Assembly (NCBI GenBank): GCA_051362555.1
Contig: CM120642.1
Location: 3,348,001 to 3,412,000, forward strand
Direction: 5' to 3'
Source of the DNA: Lingula anatina
Taxonomy: Eukaryota; Animalia; Brachiopoda
Length of the DNA stretch: 64,000 nucleotides
The translations under genes and the position numbers were made by a program. Shown here one piece after another: positions 55,701-64,000 of the stretch; the stretch's first letter is position 1; every line of letters starts with the position of its first letter. The notes below the pieces were generated by a model. That model searched no databases. It saw only the letters and a program-made list of their open reading frames with translations, and had not been told where the DNA came from.

Positions 55701-58700
55701 CCAGTCTGAATCTTAAATCCTTGCACTGATTGTCAGCTTCATTTTCTCTCTTAAACATAAAATGCTCCCTAAATGAACTTCAAATTCCACCGTTTGTTCA
55801 GCTTGCATTATAATTCTCAACCACAGAACACACACTCTCTCCCTATCTCTAATCCCTGTAATACATTTTCCTTCCCCACCCAGTACACTATATACTATAC
55901 ACCAGTTCTGACAACTACAATCAGGTCATGGCTTGATAACCTGACAGTCTCTTTCATAAGAGTTTATCAATAATCCAACAAATACCACAACCCAGACAAT
56001 GTTGACACCCACCCCGCTGTGTTGACACAAGAAAATCAATACTTCATTTTGTCACCTCATACAGCAATTAGTTGACTCAGGAGGGAAATGTTCTCTACGT
56101 CCATTCAAAGCCAATAAAAAAAATCAGCAATGTTTGTTATAAGACTGCTAGCTTTTCTGTAGTGTAACCTATTTCTAATTTTTTTTTTTTTTTTTTTTTG
56201 TTACCTATTTCTCATGATTATTAGGATCATGTTTATTACGTCAATTAGTTAAAATTCATTTATTTATTAATTTGTTAATATTTCTGAGCAAGCATTCTGC
56301 ATTGTAACTTCACACTGCACAAAAACCATACAATGGATATTCACTTAAGGTACACCTTAATACAGTTCTGAAATTATTCTTTTTGAGACAAGGTATTTTA
56401 CTATTTTGACTCCTCTTTATTTTCCCTTGACACACTCCTCCATTTTCCTTCTTTTTTTCCTTTTTCTTACTTTGTTTGGAATGAGGGAGGTAAACAAAAA
56501 GAACAAAAACTTGTAGTCATGTTCTAAGGAAATGTAACCAAACTAAGAAATATTTGATAATTCCATTTCATTGAACTCTACCAAATCACTAACCTGGGTG
56601 GTGGGAAGACTGTTTCTTCTTTGCGGCCTCATTCATCTGTTTCTCCAGCAGCTCTCTGAGGTGGTTGTTTCTCTCCACGCCTTCCTCCAGCTGACGACGG
56701 AGTGCCTGTACTGCAGCCAACTCCTCTTCAAACGCCTCTGGACGACCACTGATAGACACAAACCCAGACACACAAAAGAAGAGAATTAGGGTTCACTCAT
56801 CGTACATCCAATTTTACTGAATTTTGAAAGATGGCTCAGGAGGCAATAAGACAGTACAAGTAATATCTGTATTTCTTTTTGGCATTATCCCAATTGAAAA
56901 AATAGCATAAGATAAATTATACTTTCCTTTTTCAATTTTAACAATATACACACGTTTCTGTGTCTTATAGAACATTCTGAGATAAAAGATATTATATAAA
57001 ATACTGATAGTTCAGTTCTAAACCATATCGCTTTTACTCTGAATTATTCCTCATAACAAAAATTAACACTGTTAGAAAAGTACTGATACAATCTCAGTCT
57101 TCATCAGTAAAGACTCCATACCTGGGTACAGTATTGAGGTTAACATACAGCTGTCTCTCAGCCTGTAGTGCCTGGTTCAGCCCCTCTGTCTCCTCTACCT
57201 GACTGCGGTAAATCTGCTGGAGCTGGGAAAGAAAATCAAAACCTTTTGATGATGATCTAGTTTACGATAATCACTCGAATATTTCAAACATCACCCTTAT
57301 ACCAATTACACATACTACAAATGTTTATCACTTCAATAAGCCACAAAAATTCATTTCTAACAGTGATCCATTATTCCGTGGCACTGCTTATCATGCTTTT
57401 CAGATATCTAAAGCAAGACACTGTTTTTGGATTTTAATTTATCGATGGTGTTTGTATTTACTGAATAATTACCATATGTTACCTACATTGCCATGATAAA
57501 GGAGAAGGGACTCCAGTGTGTCCAATTCCTTAGCTAACAAAGGATTTGTACCTTTAATGCTACAGGGATCTCCCGAGGCTGCGTTTTTGCGCCATTGGCG
57601 CGCACATATTTGTAAAGACGCACTTTTTCAATAGCAGTGCGTCCCAAGGGCGCATCAAAAATAAATAACTTTAAAAAACGTTTGTTTGTTCAACATATTT
57701 TAAACTGTTAAAATTGTGTATTTTTAAACCCACCAAAATTTTACTAAACTTGGAACAAGTGTCAGTCGGGAAAACCGAACTTCAAAGTTCTAGTCTTACG
57801 TCTACTGCGTGCGTTCTCTGCATGGAGAGTAGCTTCTCTGCGTAGAGAGTACACCGGAAGTTCAGAGATGGCCGCGCCAAAAGTAAAGCAGCCGAAGCTT
57901 TTGTTTTTTTGGCATACGAGTAATGTACCAGATTGCGGACATACTAGTGGTAAAGTACCAGATAGGGAGCCTCTACTAACTTCCGTTAAGAAGTTTCAGC
58001 AAAGTTGGCTGCAGAGATTCCCGTGGCTGCGCTTCGACAAGGAAAAGTCAACCACGTGGTGTGCACCATGCAAAAAGGCGGGCAAACGTAATACCATGGC
58101 CCTGGGGGTCTCGTTAAACCTTTGCACCAGTACGCTCACCCGCCACATTGGAATGACCGACCATGTGTGCGCTATCCAGGTAACTTAAATAAATTTATTC
58201 TGATTCAAAGTCAATTAAAAAACGAGTGGTTTTAACTTAAAAGTGTTTCCACGTGTGCAGCTTACTTAGAGATGCACGCACTCGTACAGGGAGTTGAAAT
58301 TATTTTGAGTTTCTTGTGCATTTGGCCTTGAGCAAGGTAATACGTTATTGGTGGGATAAGCAGTCAATTAACACTATAATTATGTCTTCCATTTCTATTT
58401 GTGTTGTTTTGAATACAATTTGGTAGTTTATTGACAAGTTAATGTACCGTATGATGTAGAAATCATTATGCAAAGTAATGGGATTGCATTTTAGTCATTT
58501 TAGTTTGAGTATCACTGATTGTTATTATGGACAAAATGATTAGTGAATTTTTAAGTGTCTAAATATATATGTTATGTAATTAATATAGTAGGCAGCATTA
58601 CTGAATTGCAATGCTTATTTTAACAGGTACCAAAGGAACAGGTGTACATGAACACAGCAACTACCAAAGCCCTGAACGCGCAAGAGAAGGCCATCATGAC

Positions 58701-61063
58701 AGCGATGAAAGCAGTGTTTTGGATGGCCTAAGTACAGTTCTTCAATGAACTTTCTCCAAGCAGTAGAAGTTCCAGATATAGGTCAGCTGAAGTGCAGCAG
58801 TGCAGTCTCATACTGCTGCAGTTACAATACTGCAACTGACATACTTGATGTTTTATCTTGTTTAATTGATGAGAACATTACACAACAGATTCACCAGTCA
58901 TTGCTGTCTTATGTGATGAAAGTGTAGATATTTTAGTTCACCATAAATTGGTAATCCACTAACTTTAGCCCCCAAAAACCTTTTTTTTTTTAAAGACTTG
59001 TATATTGCTGATGGAACTGGAAAGTTGATATTTACAGATATTAAGATACACTTGGCATCCAGTGGAGTAAATCAGAATATAATTTTCTGTTAAAAGTTAT
59101 TTTATGAACATTGTTACACACATGCATAAAATGTTGCCATGGGCTTTGTTATATTACACTAAAAAAGAATGAAAAAAATAAAAAACTAGTTTATTTTTGT
59201 TTAGATGTTTTATTCTGATTATTTATATGCTGAGAATACTTCTCAGATTTTATCTAAAAAAAACAAGAATAATCTTTAATATTAATTATAATATAAATTC
59301 TAAATGCAATTAATAAGGGTCACAATTAAATTATACTGACGATTAGTGACATTATAAATGGACTTGTGACCCAAGCATTCATTGAATGACTGGGCACAAT
59401 GTTTCGCAAAATGGCACACTTTTAAATCTTGAGTGTGCCCAAATGGCACACTTGACCTTCAACCTAGGGAGATCCCTGATGCTATAATATTGATTTGTTT
59501 TTTCACAGGTCAAGGATAGAAGCATTTTATCTACTTTCACACCTTTTCATGCTAAAAACTATTATAATCTGTGGGTTAATAAGTTTAAGTTAATATACTG
59601 AGGAAAATAATTAAACTGTCAATACTAGTCCTCTTGGAAAATATTGATTTATGAAAGATTAATTTTGTCGGGATAAAGTAATAGCCCACAATCTTTTATT
59701 AATCTTCTCTGTGTAAAAAAAAAAAAAATCATTCTCTCTTTTCACCATGGTGCACTGACAATGTAGTCACAAATCAATCAGAGAGAGAAGAGGTAACTTT
59801 AAAACAAAAACAGAATATATTGCAACAAATTGCAGGAAACAGATTTTTACTGATGTTTTTGCACAGATTATATTTCCTTTTTTCCTCTGTTCTGATTACT
59901 TGTTCTCGTGATGTTTATCAAAAATCAACGAGGGGATACCAAGTGACAAGTAGAGAAAGGAGCCATATATTGCCCTACACCTAGAACCACCAGCTCCTGC
60001 TCTAGAAACAAACTCAGGAGGTTGTGGTCACTAGTATACCTGTGACTCCAAACAGCTCAATTTAGGATGCATTTACATTGAATCTATATCATACCAGTTA
60101 GTATGCAATTACTACCCATGGGGACTCCTGCTGAATGCAATCAGATTAACACGCCTCCTCTTGCTTCCAACCTACTTGCATAATCACCAGCTTTTCAGTA
60201 CCAAGACGAGCTTGTTAATCTAATAATCTGATTGCCTTCAGCGAGGGTTCCCATGGAGTTAACACGCTAGGTCCATAAATTCATTGTAAATCGGCCCTAA
60301 GCTACTCATTCTAACACTGGCCCTGTACTCACATTCTCCTCTCCCCCTACAGTGATCTGCTGTCTCTGTGGGGTACCTGGTCTGTCCACCTCTTCTCTCA
60401 GCTGAACCACTTCTATCCTCAGCCTCCTCAGTTCATCCACATCTACACCACCTCCTGACAGCTGCTGCTTCAGCTGATCCTGGAATTATAATTTTTTAAA
60501 AATTGAAAAAGAGTCTATATATTAGGGTTCTTTTTTTGCTCACTCAGTTCAGTGGTACTAAGATATTATAAAGCTTAACTGCTAATGGTAGACTCTTTTT
60601 CATATATACTTAAATTATTTAATTTTTTTCTAAAATAAATTTATTTAATACACATACCAGTTCTTCTTTAGTCTGCTGGTGGGCTTGTAGTGCATCTTTC
60701 AATGCCTGAAAGTATAGTTCATGTAACAGTTAAAACAGCTTTGCTTTGTTAACTACTGCTCTGTAATTGTAGTTCTAATTCAATAAATAATATTGAGAAG
60801 TACAAATCACTGATTTTTCAATGAGAAAAAAAAAGTCTTTAAATCTTTTATATGAAAAAAATTGACAGACTAAAAAGAGAAATAAAATGTAACCTTTTCT
60901 TTGAGTTTGAGTTCTGCATTTAGACTCTCAGAGTCAGGACTATCATAGGTAATAGAATGTTTGGGACTGCGGTTCCTGGCCATACGCAGACGCTCTATCA
61001 GATCTGAGGGAAAAAAAATCAAGATCTAAGTTCTGAATCTGATATCTTTGCATGCTCACATGT

Positions 61064-61125
<62 letters not shown>

Positions 61126-61637
61126 TTTTTTTTATGAACGATATTGTAGGTTTGATAACACTCAGCGCCTCATTGGGCTGTATCCTCCCCAGGGAAGCAA
61201 GATGGCTTACACAGATTGTAATGATCATGTGTCTATTTGTTCTATGTATGTAATTCACATAATTGTAAAGTCTACTGAACATATCTATATGGAATTAAGA
61301 CTTAAAATATATTTTAAAAAAATAATAATAATAAAATAATGCAAAAGAAATCTTTGTCATTGAATCATAAAATTCAATGAATCATGGTACCTTCTTTATT
61401 TTGCAAATCATTCTTCAACCTGGACACCTCGTCCCGCAGCCTGTGGAGTTCAGCCAGCTTACTGGGGCTGATACTGGGCGGCTGGGAGTCATGGATTTGA
61501 CGGAACAGTTTATCCTTCTCCCGAGCACTTTCCACAAGGGACTCAATGGTCTTGTCCTTCTCGCTCAGAGCTGTGCGCATCTTGTCCAACATTTCTTGCT
61601 GTTGTTCCTCTGCCCACGTTGCTTTGTTCTCCAGGGA
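12316..61637 (-). CDS. PDE4DIP: Myomegalin (PDE4DIP)/CDK5RAP2/centrosomin-family coiled-coil centrosomal scaffold, 3' part, 29 exons, ~2320 aa, 5' end outside window
   Basis: Hand-built GT-AG exons with consistent phases: 61391-61637, 60894-61003, 60658-60705, 60333-60479, 57122-57222, 56594-56748, 55002-55180, 54198-54396, 52999-53209, 51722-52634, 51354-51461, 49589-49823, 48992-49352, 21545-21673, 19778-21276, 19169-19332, 18505-18641, 18090-18229, 17627-17854, 16662-17193, 16223-16389, 15781-15888, 15145-15240, 14258-14467, 13826-13998, 13424-13582, 12966-13055, 12696-12744, 12316-12392 (sum 6972 nt, divisible by 3). Motifs resembling myomegalin/CDK5RAP2: AIGKIDDFELLRKEI, LITLFWISQLP, C-terminal CM2-like SNRQKESMAASIAREVSRTKKVLTKSKQNF, EHLNEIRELRKRLEESIRNNDLLREKLE, DKLAATEATVRSQ. 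Boundaries of the exons between 14.2 and 17.2 kb are the least certain. Confidence 0.88.
22499..25772. mobile_element. Non-autonomous Tc1/mariner(pogo)-like DNA transposon, 3.27 kb
   Basis: 25-bp TIR CGGTAA(T/A)GTGCCATGAATTTCGAAC (24/25 match), TA on both flanks, subterminal CGAAATTCATG repeats, no recognisable transposase. Confidence 0.8.
26210..26375. mobile_element. 166-bp MITE with 5-bp TSD
   Basis: CAGTT|CAGGGGTGGA ... TCCGCTCCTG|CAGTT, internally palindromic. Confidence 0.6.
27119..27358. repeat. Dispersed diverged ~1.6 copies of the 146-bp satellite seen at 62-64 kb
   Basis: Shares GTCAATTTCAAGGTCAC, TGCCAGTATATGACTTCCTATTCAAGTTCAATAGTAA and TCTCTGCCAGTTTTGGAGATA with that array. Confidence 0.85.
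27740..27745 (+). promoter_or_regulatory. Putative TATA box of TRIM-NHL copy 1 (also 34045-34050 and 44594-44599 for copies 2 and 3)
   Basis: CCATATAAAGAGTGCT is conserved ~75-85 nt upstream of the ATG in all three paralogues. Confidence 0.5.
27820..29634 (+). CDS. TRIM-NHL E3 ubiquitin ligase (TRIM2/3/32-like, no filamin domain), copy 1, intronless, 604 aa
   Basis: C3HC4 RING (CSIC...PCYHTFCYGCI...CPVC), B-box2 (CEKH...YYCEDDDTVVCGDC...HYRH), coiled coil, Pro-rich linker, NHL repeats (GDGQL..P.G.CTDSYGHIFIAD..NHRI). AATAAA at 29727. Confidence 0.95.
   Translation: MAEALAAAFTDNLLTCSICLGDYEDPRVLPCYHTFCYGCICDHAKRTLTPNRTFLCPVCREEIQFPVGGLIQLKKNFVFSKAKDIITQQQPDRGASQSEQTNVAAVTQATSKMTISCEKHPDLKLKYYCEDDDTVVCGDCVSTEHYRHGIVPVENVADINRKKIKNVLVKTLPKLNMFKEAVAKETATETEETRIMAASICKIKEQAKCIRRLVDQREQELISKVNSACDIKKKQKEANKDTLELYHDSLWSACNFAQELITNGSDSEIMIHTKALTERLAAMEKMPVPTPDTPDQISYSPGKISTAGLEAMLGQVTVQSQPPRQGTNLPNPASHLPDFIEKAECVHSFTAKLKNDNDSITGLTVDKRYMFIVNSNTESKYERTNVYTHNGQFKFAIKPNDSYDVAVSQTGQLYITSPDEKCVKVYSTRGTKIKTIGCGILEEPYGITMNRKGHVMVCDRRKKSIFTFNADSEQLLNTIPLRMCKCPWYIAVNSVNDNIVVSDRGCVYVLSTTGDQLYQYGTQGSGDGQLRTPCGMCTDSYGHIFIADCLNHRIVALDTQGQFVKYIATKDDGLWYPTALTINPAGQLVVAEQWGKIKTFQYLQ
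30423..30484. repeat. (AG)n microsatellite plus poly-G
   Basis: Direct reading. Homologous (AG)n tracts near 37109 and 43448 lie in the duplicated TRIM flanks. Confidence 0.9.
30523..30924. mobile_element. 402-bp MULE-like MITE with 9-bp TSD
   Basis: ATCACTGCA|TTCCCTCTACCAG ... CTGGTAGAGGGTA|ATCACTGCA. The paralogous flank near 43525 lacks the insert (empty site). Confidence 0.75.
31376..33561 (+). mobile_element. Solo LTR (~0.8 kb after removing a nested hAT-like element)
   Basis: ATGAC|TGTAAG ... TTTCACA|ATGAC: TG..CA ends and 5-bp TSD. TATATAAA at ~31870, AATAAA at ~33514. The paralogous empty site GAGAGATGACCAAGAC is at 44361. Confidence 0.8.
31890..33260. mobile_element. Non-autonomous hAT-like DNA transposon nested in the solo LTR
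   Basis: 13-bp TIR CAGTGTATGAAAT, 7-bp TSD CTTAATG, GC-rich subterminal CCCGCC/GGCGGG repeats. Confidence 0.8.
34122..35969 (+). CDS. TRIM-NHL E3 ubiquitin ligase, copy 2, intronless, 615 aa
   Basis: Same RING/B-box/CC/NHL architecture as copy 1, intact ORF. Confidence 0.95.
   Translation: MAEALAAAFTDNLLTCSICLGEYEDPRVLPCYHTFCYGCICDHAVRTLTQNRTFLCPVCREENQFPVGGLIQPKKNFVFSKAKDIITQRQLDRGASESEQINLAAVTQTTAKMTISCEKHPDLKLKYYCEDDDTVVCGDCVSTEHYRHGIVPVENVADINRKKIKTFLVKTLPKLNMFKEAVAKETANEIEETRIMAASINNIKEQVQRIRRLVDQREQELISKVNSACDIRKKEKEANKDILELHHASLQSACNFAQELITNGSDSEIMIHTKALTERLAAMEKMPVPTPDTPDQICYSPGEISTAGLEAMLRQVTIQLQPPKPPARLTPIPARQGTNLPNPASHPPDFVEKAECVHTFTATLKNDEDSITGLAIDEKYMFIVTSNMQNKYERTNVYTYKGQFKFAIKLNDSFDVAVSQTGQLYITSVGDQCVQVYSTRSRKIKTMGCGILEEPYGITLNRQGHVMVCDRRKKAIFTFNADSEQLNTIPLRMCKCPWYIAVNSVNDNIVISDHGCVRVLSPAGGQLYKYGGTQGSGDGQLWFPCGVCTDSYGHIFIADCYNHRIVALDTQGQFVKYIATKDDGLGYPTALTINPAGQLVVAEQWGKIKTFQYLQ
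37260..40665 (+). mobile_element. Internally deleted Bel/Pao LTR retrotransposon remnant with 3' LTR
   Basis: 37313-37630 encodes the Bel/Pao pre-RT region (LPLLWK...LYDKY...GYVEKVP...WYILH*HVLNPSKPEK). It is joined to integrase fragments (ASHQ.G ... MRIVREILTALL; FWKQ...SLLQSRPKWQEIKRNLKRGDLVLV...SWPLA...RP..KLVFLE, to 39929). PPT AAGGGGAG precedes LTR TGTTG(40153)...CAACA(40665). Stops and frameshifts present. Confidence 0.85.
37667..39530. mobile_element. Tc1/pogo-like non-autonomous element nested in the Bel/Pao integrase
   Basis: TA|CGGTAAT(G/A)TGCCAA.CA.TTCGAC TIR at both ends with TA flanks. TIR related to the 22499-25772 element. Confidence 0.75.
40875..43133. mobile_element. Non-autonomous DNA transposon, P-element-like termini, 2.26 kb
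   Basis: Perfect 30-bp TIR CAAGAAGTTATAATGAGAAGGAGTAGAAAC, 7-bp TSD GTTAGTT. It interrupts a block that is contiguous upstream of TRIM copy 1 (26550-26820). Confidence 0.85.
42150..42732. repeat. ~212-bp tandem repeat (~2.7 copies) inside the P-like element
   Basis: CATTTTGAAAAAGTC recurs at 42161, 42373 and 42584. Confidence 0.9.
43922..44339 (+). mobile_element. Short non-autonomous Helitron-like insertion carrying a tRNA-like A/B box segment
   Basis: A|TCTATATAAC ... GTGACGGTATCAGCTAA|T (TC..CTRR between A and T, no TSD); absent at the paralogous site near 31345. Internal TGGCCGAGTGG (44180) and GGTTTGATTCC (44223). Confidence 0.6.
44678..46522 (+). CDS. TRIM-NHL E3 ubiquitin ligase, copy 3, intronless, 614 aa
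   Basis: Same architecture, intact ORF, most divergent C-terminal NHL blades. Confidence 0.95.
   Translation: MAEALAAAFTDNLLTCSICLEEYEDPRVLPCYHTFCYGCICDHAKRTSNANRTFLCPVCREEIQFPVGGLTQLKKNFVFSKAKDIITQQQPDRGASESKQTNVAAVTQTTLEMTISCEKHPDLKLKFYCEDDDTVVCGDCASTEHYRHGIVPVENVADINRKKIKTFLVKTLPKLNMFKEAVAKETATEKEDTRIMAASINKIKEQSKGIQRLVAQREQILISELNSLNDIRKKQTGANKDTLELHHASLHSACNFAQELITNGSDSEIMIHTKALTERLAAMEKMPVPTPDTPAQISYSPGKISTAGLEAMLGQVTVQSQPPRLPARLTPSPPRQGTNRPNPASHLPDFLDKAECVHSFTAKLKNEDNFITGLAIDEKYMFIVTDNFESKYNRINVYTHKGQFKFPIKPIDPFDVAVSQTGQLYITSVGDQCVQVYSTRGKMIKTMGCGILVAPCGITLNRKGHVMVCDGEKESIFTFHANNGQLLNTIPVTDPTYITVNSVNENIAVSDGRGDCVHVLSPTGDQLYQYGTRGSGDGQLCEPDGMCTDSYGHIFIADCLNHRIVALSPHGHFVKYIATKDDGLERPAALAINPFGQLVVAESEGKVKTFQYLQ
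48407..48495. repeat. ~34-bp inverted repeat (hairpin/MITE remnant)
   Basis: CAATTTAAACGCAATATTAAAAGCATAATCACCA ... TGGTGATTACGCTTTTAATATTGCATTTAAATTG, 2 mismatches. Confidence 0.85.
50870..51244. mobile_element. Possible Kolobok-like MITE
   Basis: TTAA|AGGTACATAC ... GTATGCATCT|TTAA, imperfect TIR. Confidence 0.35.
54690..55067. repeat. 71-79-bp tandem repeat, 5 copies, spanning an exon 3' end and its splice donor
   Basis: Minus-strand unit CAACAGAGAGGAGGGGGTGTGGGCAGGGCCAG.GATACTGTAGAAATACAGGGAACTGAGAATGTT|GTGAGTATATATA. Confidence 0.95.
57563..59478 (+). mobile_element. Internally deleted hAT transposon with degenerate spliced transposase (TTF-type zinc finger, ZNF862-like)
   Basis: TIR CAGGGATCTCCC.AGG, 6-bp TSD ATGCTA. 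Exon 57868-58179 encodes FQQSWLQRFPWL...WCAPC...LTRH....DH. After a GT-AG intron, exon 2 from 58627 has a premature TAA and the catalytic-like IAVLCDESVD motif near 58900. Confidence 0.85.
60062..60300. mobile_element. Degenerate palindromic MITE
   Basis: TTAGG...ATTTACA.TGAA ... TTCATTGTAAAT...CCTAA, with inner inverted CCCATGGG...GCTGAA.GCAATCAGATTA arms. Confidence 0.5.
61065..61123. repeat. (CA)n microsatellite
   Basis: Direct reading. Confidence 0.95.
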
Positions 61638-61926
61638 CTGGAGGTAATAATATGCAATATGAATATTGGGTCATTAAGACGCGAGAAGAAATGTGAACTG
61701 AGAGGAACTGTGTGCCTCTGATATACTGAAAATGCATTTTTCAATCTAAGTATCAAATATGTGCTGAAATACCAAGCCCGACTTTTCATTATGCTGGATA
61801 GTTCATAAATTTTGCTTTAAAATTACCCTGTTGGTGTATAATTGGAATGGTATTAATTTGCAATAAATGGAGCCATATCTTAAATGCTCTATAATGAATG
61901 CTAAATTCTAATAAATTGCAAGAAAA

Positions 61927-64000
61927 CTAGAGGATCAGAGAGGCGATACCGCCTCCGAATATTGTACCACCAGCTGGAGCAAGAGCATTCGTATAGACCC
62001 CCACATACACAAAATAAGGGACACAGCCACCAGTTTTGTGCTTGACAAGCTGTAAAAATGCAATCAACAAGAATTTTTAAACTATTGCAAAAAATATATA
62101 TGGTACAATCAAATTTAAGTTCTTCGTAAGGTAGGTCAAGGGTCAATTTCAAGGTCACAGTAAATTGCCAGTATATGACTTCCTATTCAAGTTCAAGAGT
62201 AACTATGGACCTATCTCTGTCAAGTTTGAAGTTTAAAGAGAAAGAAATTAGCAGAGTTCAGTTCATGATAAAAAGTAGGTCAAAGGTCAATTTCAAGGTC
62301 ACATTTAGATTGCCAGTATATGACTTTCTATTCAAGTTCAATAGTAACTATGGACCTATCTCTGCCAGTTTTGGAGATAAAAGGGAAGCAAAATTTGCAA
62401 AGTTCAGTTTATGGTGAAAAGTAGGACAAAGGTCAATTTTAATGTGACATTTATAATGCCAGTATATGACTTCCTATTCAAGTTCAATAGTAACTACGGA
62501 CCTATCTCAGCCAGTTTTGGAGATAAAAGGAAAGCAAAATTTGCAAAATTCAGTTTATGGTGTAAAGTAGGTCAAAGGTCAATTTTAAGGTCACATTTAG
62601 ATTGCCAGTATATGACTTCCTTTTCAAGTTCAATAGTAACTATGGACCTATCTCTGCCAGTTTTGGAGATAAAAAGGAAAGCAAAATTTGCAAAGTTCAG
62701 TTCATGGTGAAAAGTAGGTCAAAGGTCAATTTCAAGGTCACATTTAGATTGCCAGTATATGACTTCCTATTCAAGTTCAATAGTAACTATAGACCTATCT
62801 CAGCCAGTTTTGGAGATAAAAGGGAAGCAAAATTTGCAAAATTCAGTTCATGGTGAACAGTAGGTCAAAGGTCAATTTCAAGGTCACATTTAGATTGCCA
62901 GTATATGACTTCCTATTCAAGTTCAATAGTAACTATGGACCTATCTCTGCCAGTTTTGGAGATAAAAGGGAAGCAAAATTTGCAAAGTTCAGTTTATGGT
63001 GAAAAGTAGGTCAAAGGTCAATTTTGAGGTCACATTTAGATTGCCAGCATATGACTATCTATTCAAGTTCAATAGTAACTACGGACCTATCTCAGCCAGT
63101 TTTGGAGAAAAAAGGAAAGCAAAATTTGCAAAATTCAGTTCATGGTGAAAAGTAGGTCAAAGGTCAATTTTAAGGTCACATTAAGATTGCCAGTATATGA
63201 CTTCCTATTCAAGTTCAATAGTAACTACGGACCTATCTCAGCCAGTTTTGGAGATAAAAGGAAAGCAAAATTTGCAAAATTCAGTTTATGGTGTAAAGTA
63301 GGTCAAAGGTCAATTTTAAGGTCACATTTAGATTGCCAGTATATGACTTCCTATTAAAGTTCAATAGTAACTATGGACCCATCTCTGCCAGTTTTGGAGA
63401 TAAAAGGGAAGCAAATTTTGCAAAGTTCAGTTTCTGGTGAAAAGTAGGTCAAAGGTCAATTCTAAGGTCACATTTAGATTGCCAGTATATGACTTCCTAT
63501 TCAAGTTCAATAGTAACTATGGACCTATCTCTGCCAGTTTTGGAGATAAAAGGGAAGAAAAATTTGCAAAGTTCAGTTCATGGTGAAAAGTAGGTCAAAG
63601 GTCACTTTCAAGGTCATAGTAAGATTGCCAGTATATGACTTCCTATTCAACTTCAATAGTAACTATGGACCTATCTCTGCCAGTTTTGGAGATAAAAGGG
63701 AAGAAAAATTTGCAAAGTTCAGTTCATGGTGAAAAGTAGGTCAAAGGTCACTTTCAAGGTCATAGTAAGATTGCCAGTATATGACTTCCTATTCAACTTC
63801 AATAGTAACTATGGACCTTTCTCTGCCAGTTTTGGAGATAAAAGGGAAGAAAAGTTTGCAAAGTTCAGTTCATGGTGAAAAGTAGGTCAAAGGTCAATTT
63901 TAAGGTCATAGTAAGATTGCCAGTATATGACTTCCTATTCAACTTCAATAGTAACTATGGACCTATCTCTGCCAGTTTTGGAGATATAAGGGACTAAATG
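61927..64000 (-). mobile_element. Helitron/Helentron-like non-autonomous element (3' end) carrying the 146-bp satellite; runs off the window
   Basis: Minus-strand 3' terminus: hairpin GAGGCG-GTAT-CGCCTC (61940-61955), 9 nt, then CTAG|TTTT. Confidence 0.55.
62130..64000. repeat. 146-bp tandem satellite, about 13 copies
   Basis: GTAGG(T/A)CAAAGGTCAATTT recurs at 62275, 62421, 62567, 62714 and 62860 (146-147 bp period). Confidence 0.97.

Noticed and set aside
57868-59070. Domesticated ZNF862-like gene
   Set aside because: Enclosed by TIRs and a TSD, with a premature stop and deletions: a dead transposon.
60943-61339. CV/HT dipeptide-repeat ORFs
   Set aside because: Translations of the (CA)n microsatellite.
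62175-63357. Repeated ORFs (MVKSRSKVNFKVTF...)
   Set aside because: Translations of the 146-bp satellite; the frame shifts every unit.

Overview
AT-rich, intron-containing animal DNA, most likely a marine invertebrate (lophotrochozoan is inferred from the TE families and TRIM expansion). The window opens with the last coding exon of a RASAL2/DAB2IP/SynGAP-family RasGAP (+) and a long putative 3'UTR. Facing it tail-to-tail is the 3' portion of a myomegalin/CDK5RAP2/centrosomin-family gene (-), reconstructed by hand as 29 phase-consistent GT-AG exons (~2320 aa; the 5' end lies beyond the window). One 27.3-kb intron of that gene hosts, on the opposite strand, three intronless TRIM-NHL genes (RING, B-box, coiled coil, NHL). 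Their scaffolds are conserved but the predicted top-face loops of the NHL propeller are hypervariable. The copies show gene-conversion mosaics, and each has different transposon insertions upstream. Many TE insertions have recognisable termini/TSDs (Tc1/pogo-like, hAT, P-like, MULE-like, Kolobok-like, Bel/Pao LTR, solo LTR, Helitron). Tandem repeats include a 34-bp minisatellite, a repeat that duplicates a splice donor, and a 146-bp satellite. All homology calls are from recall, not database searches.
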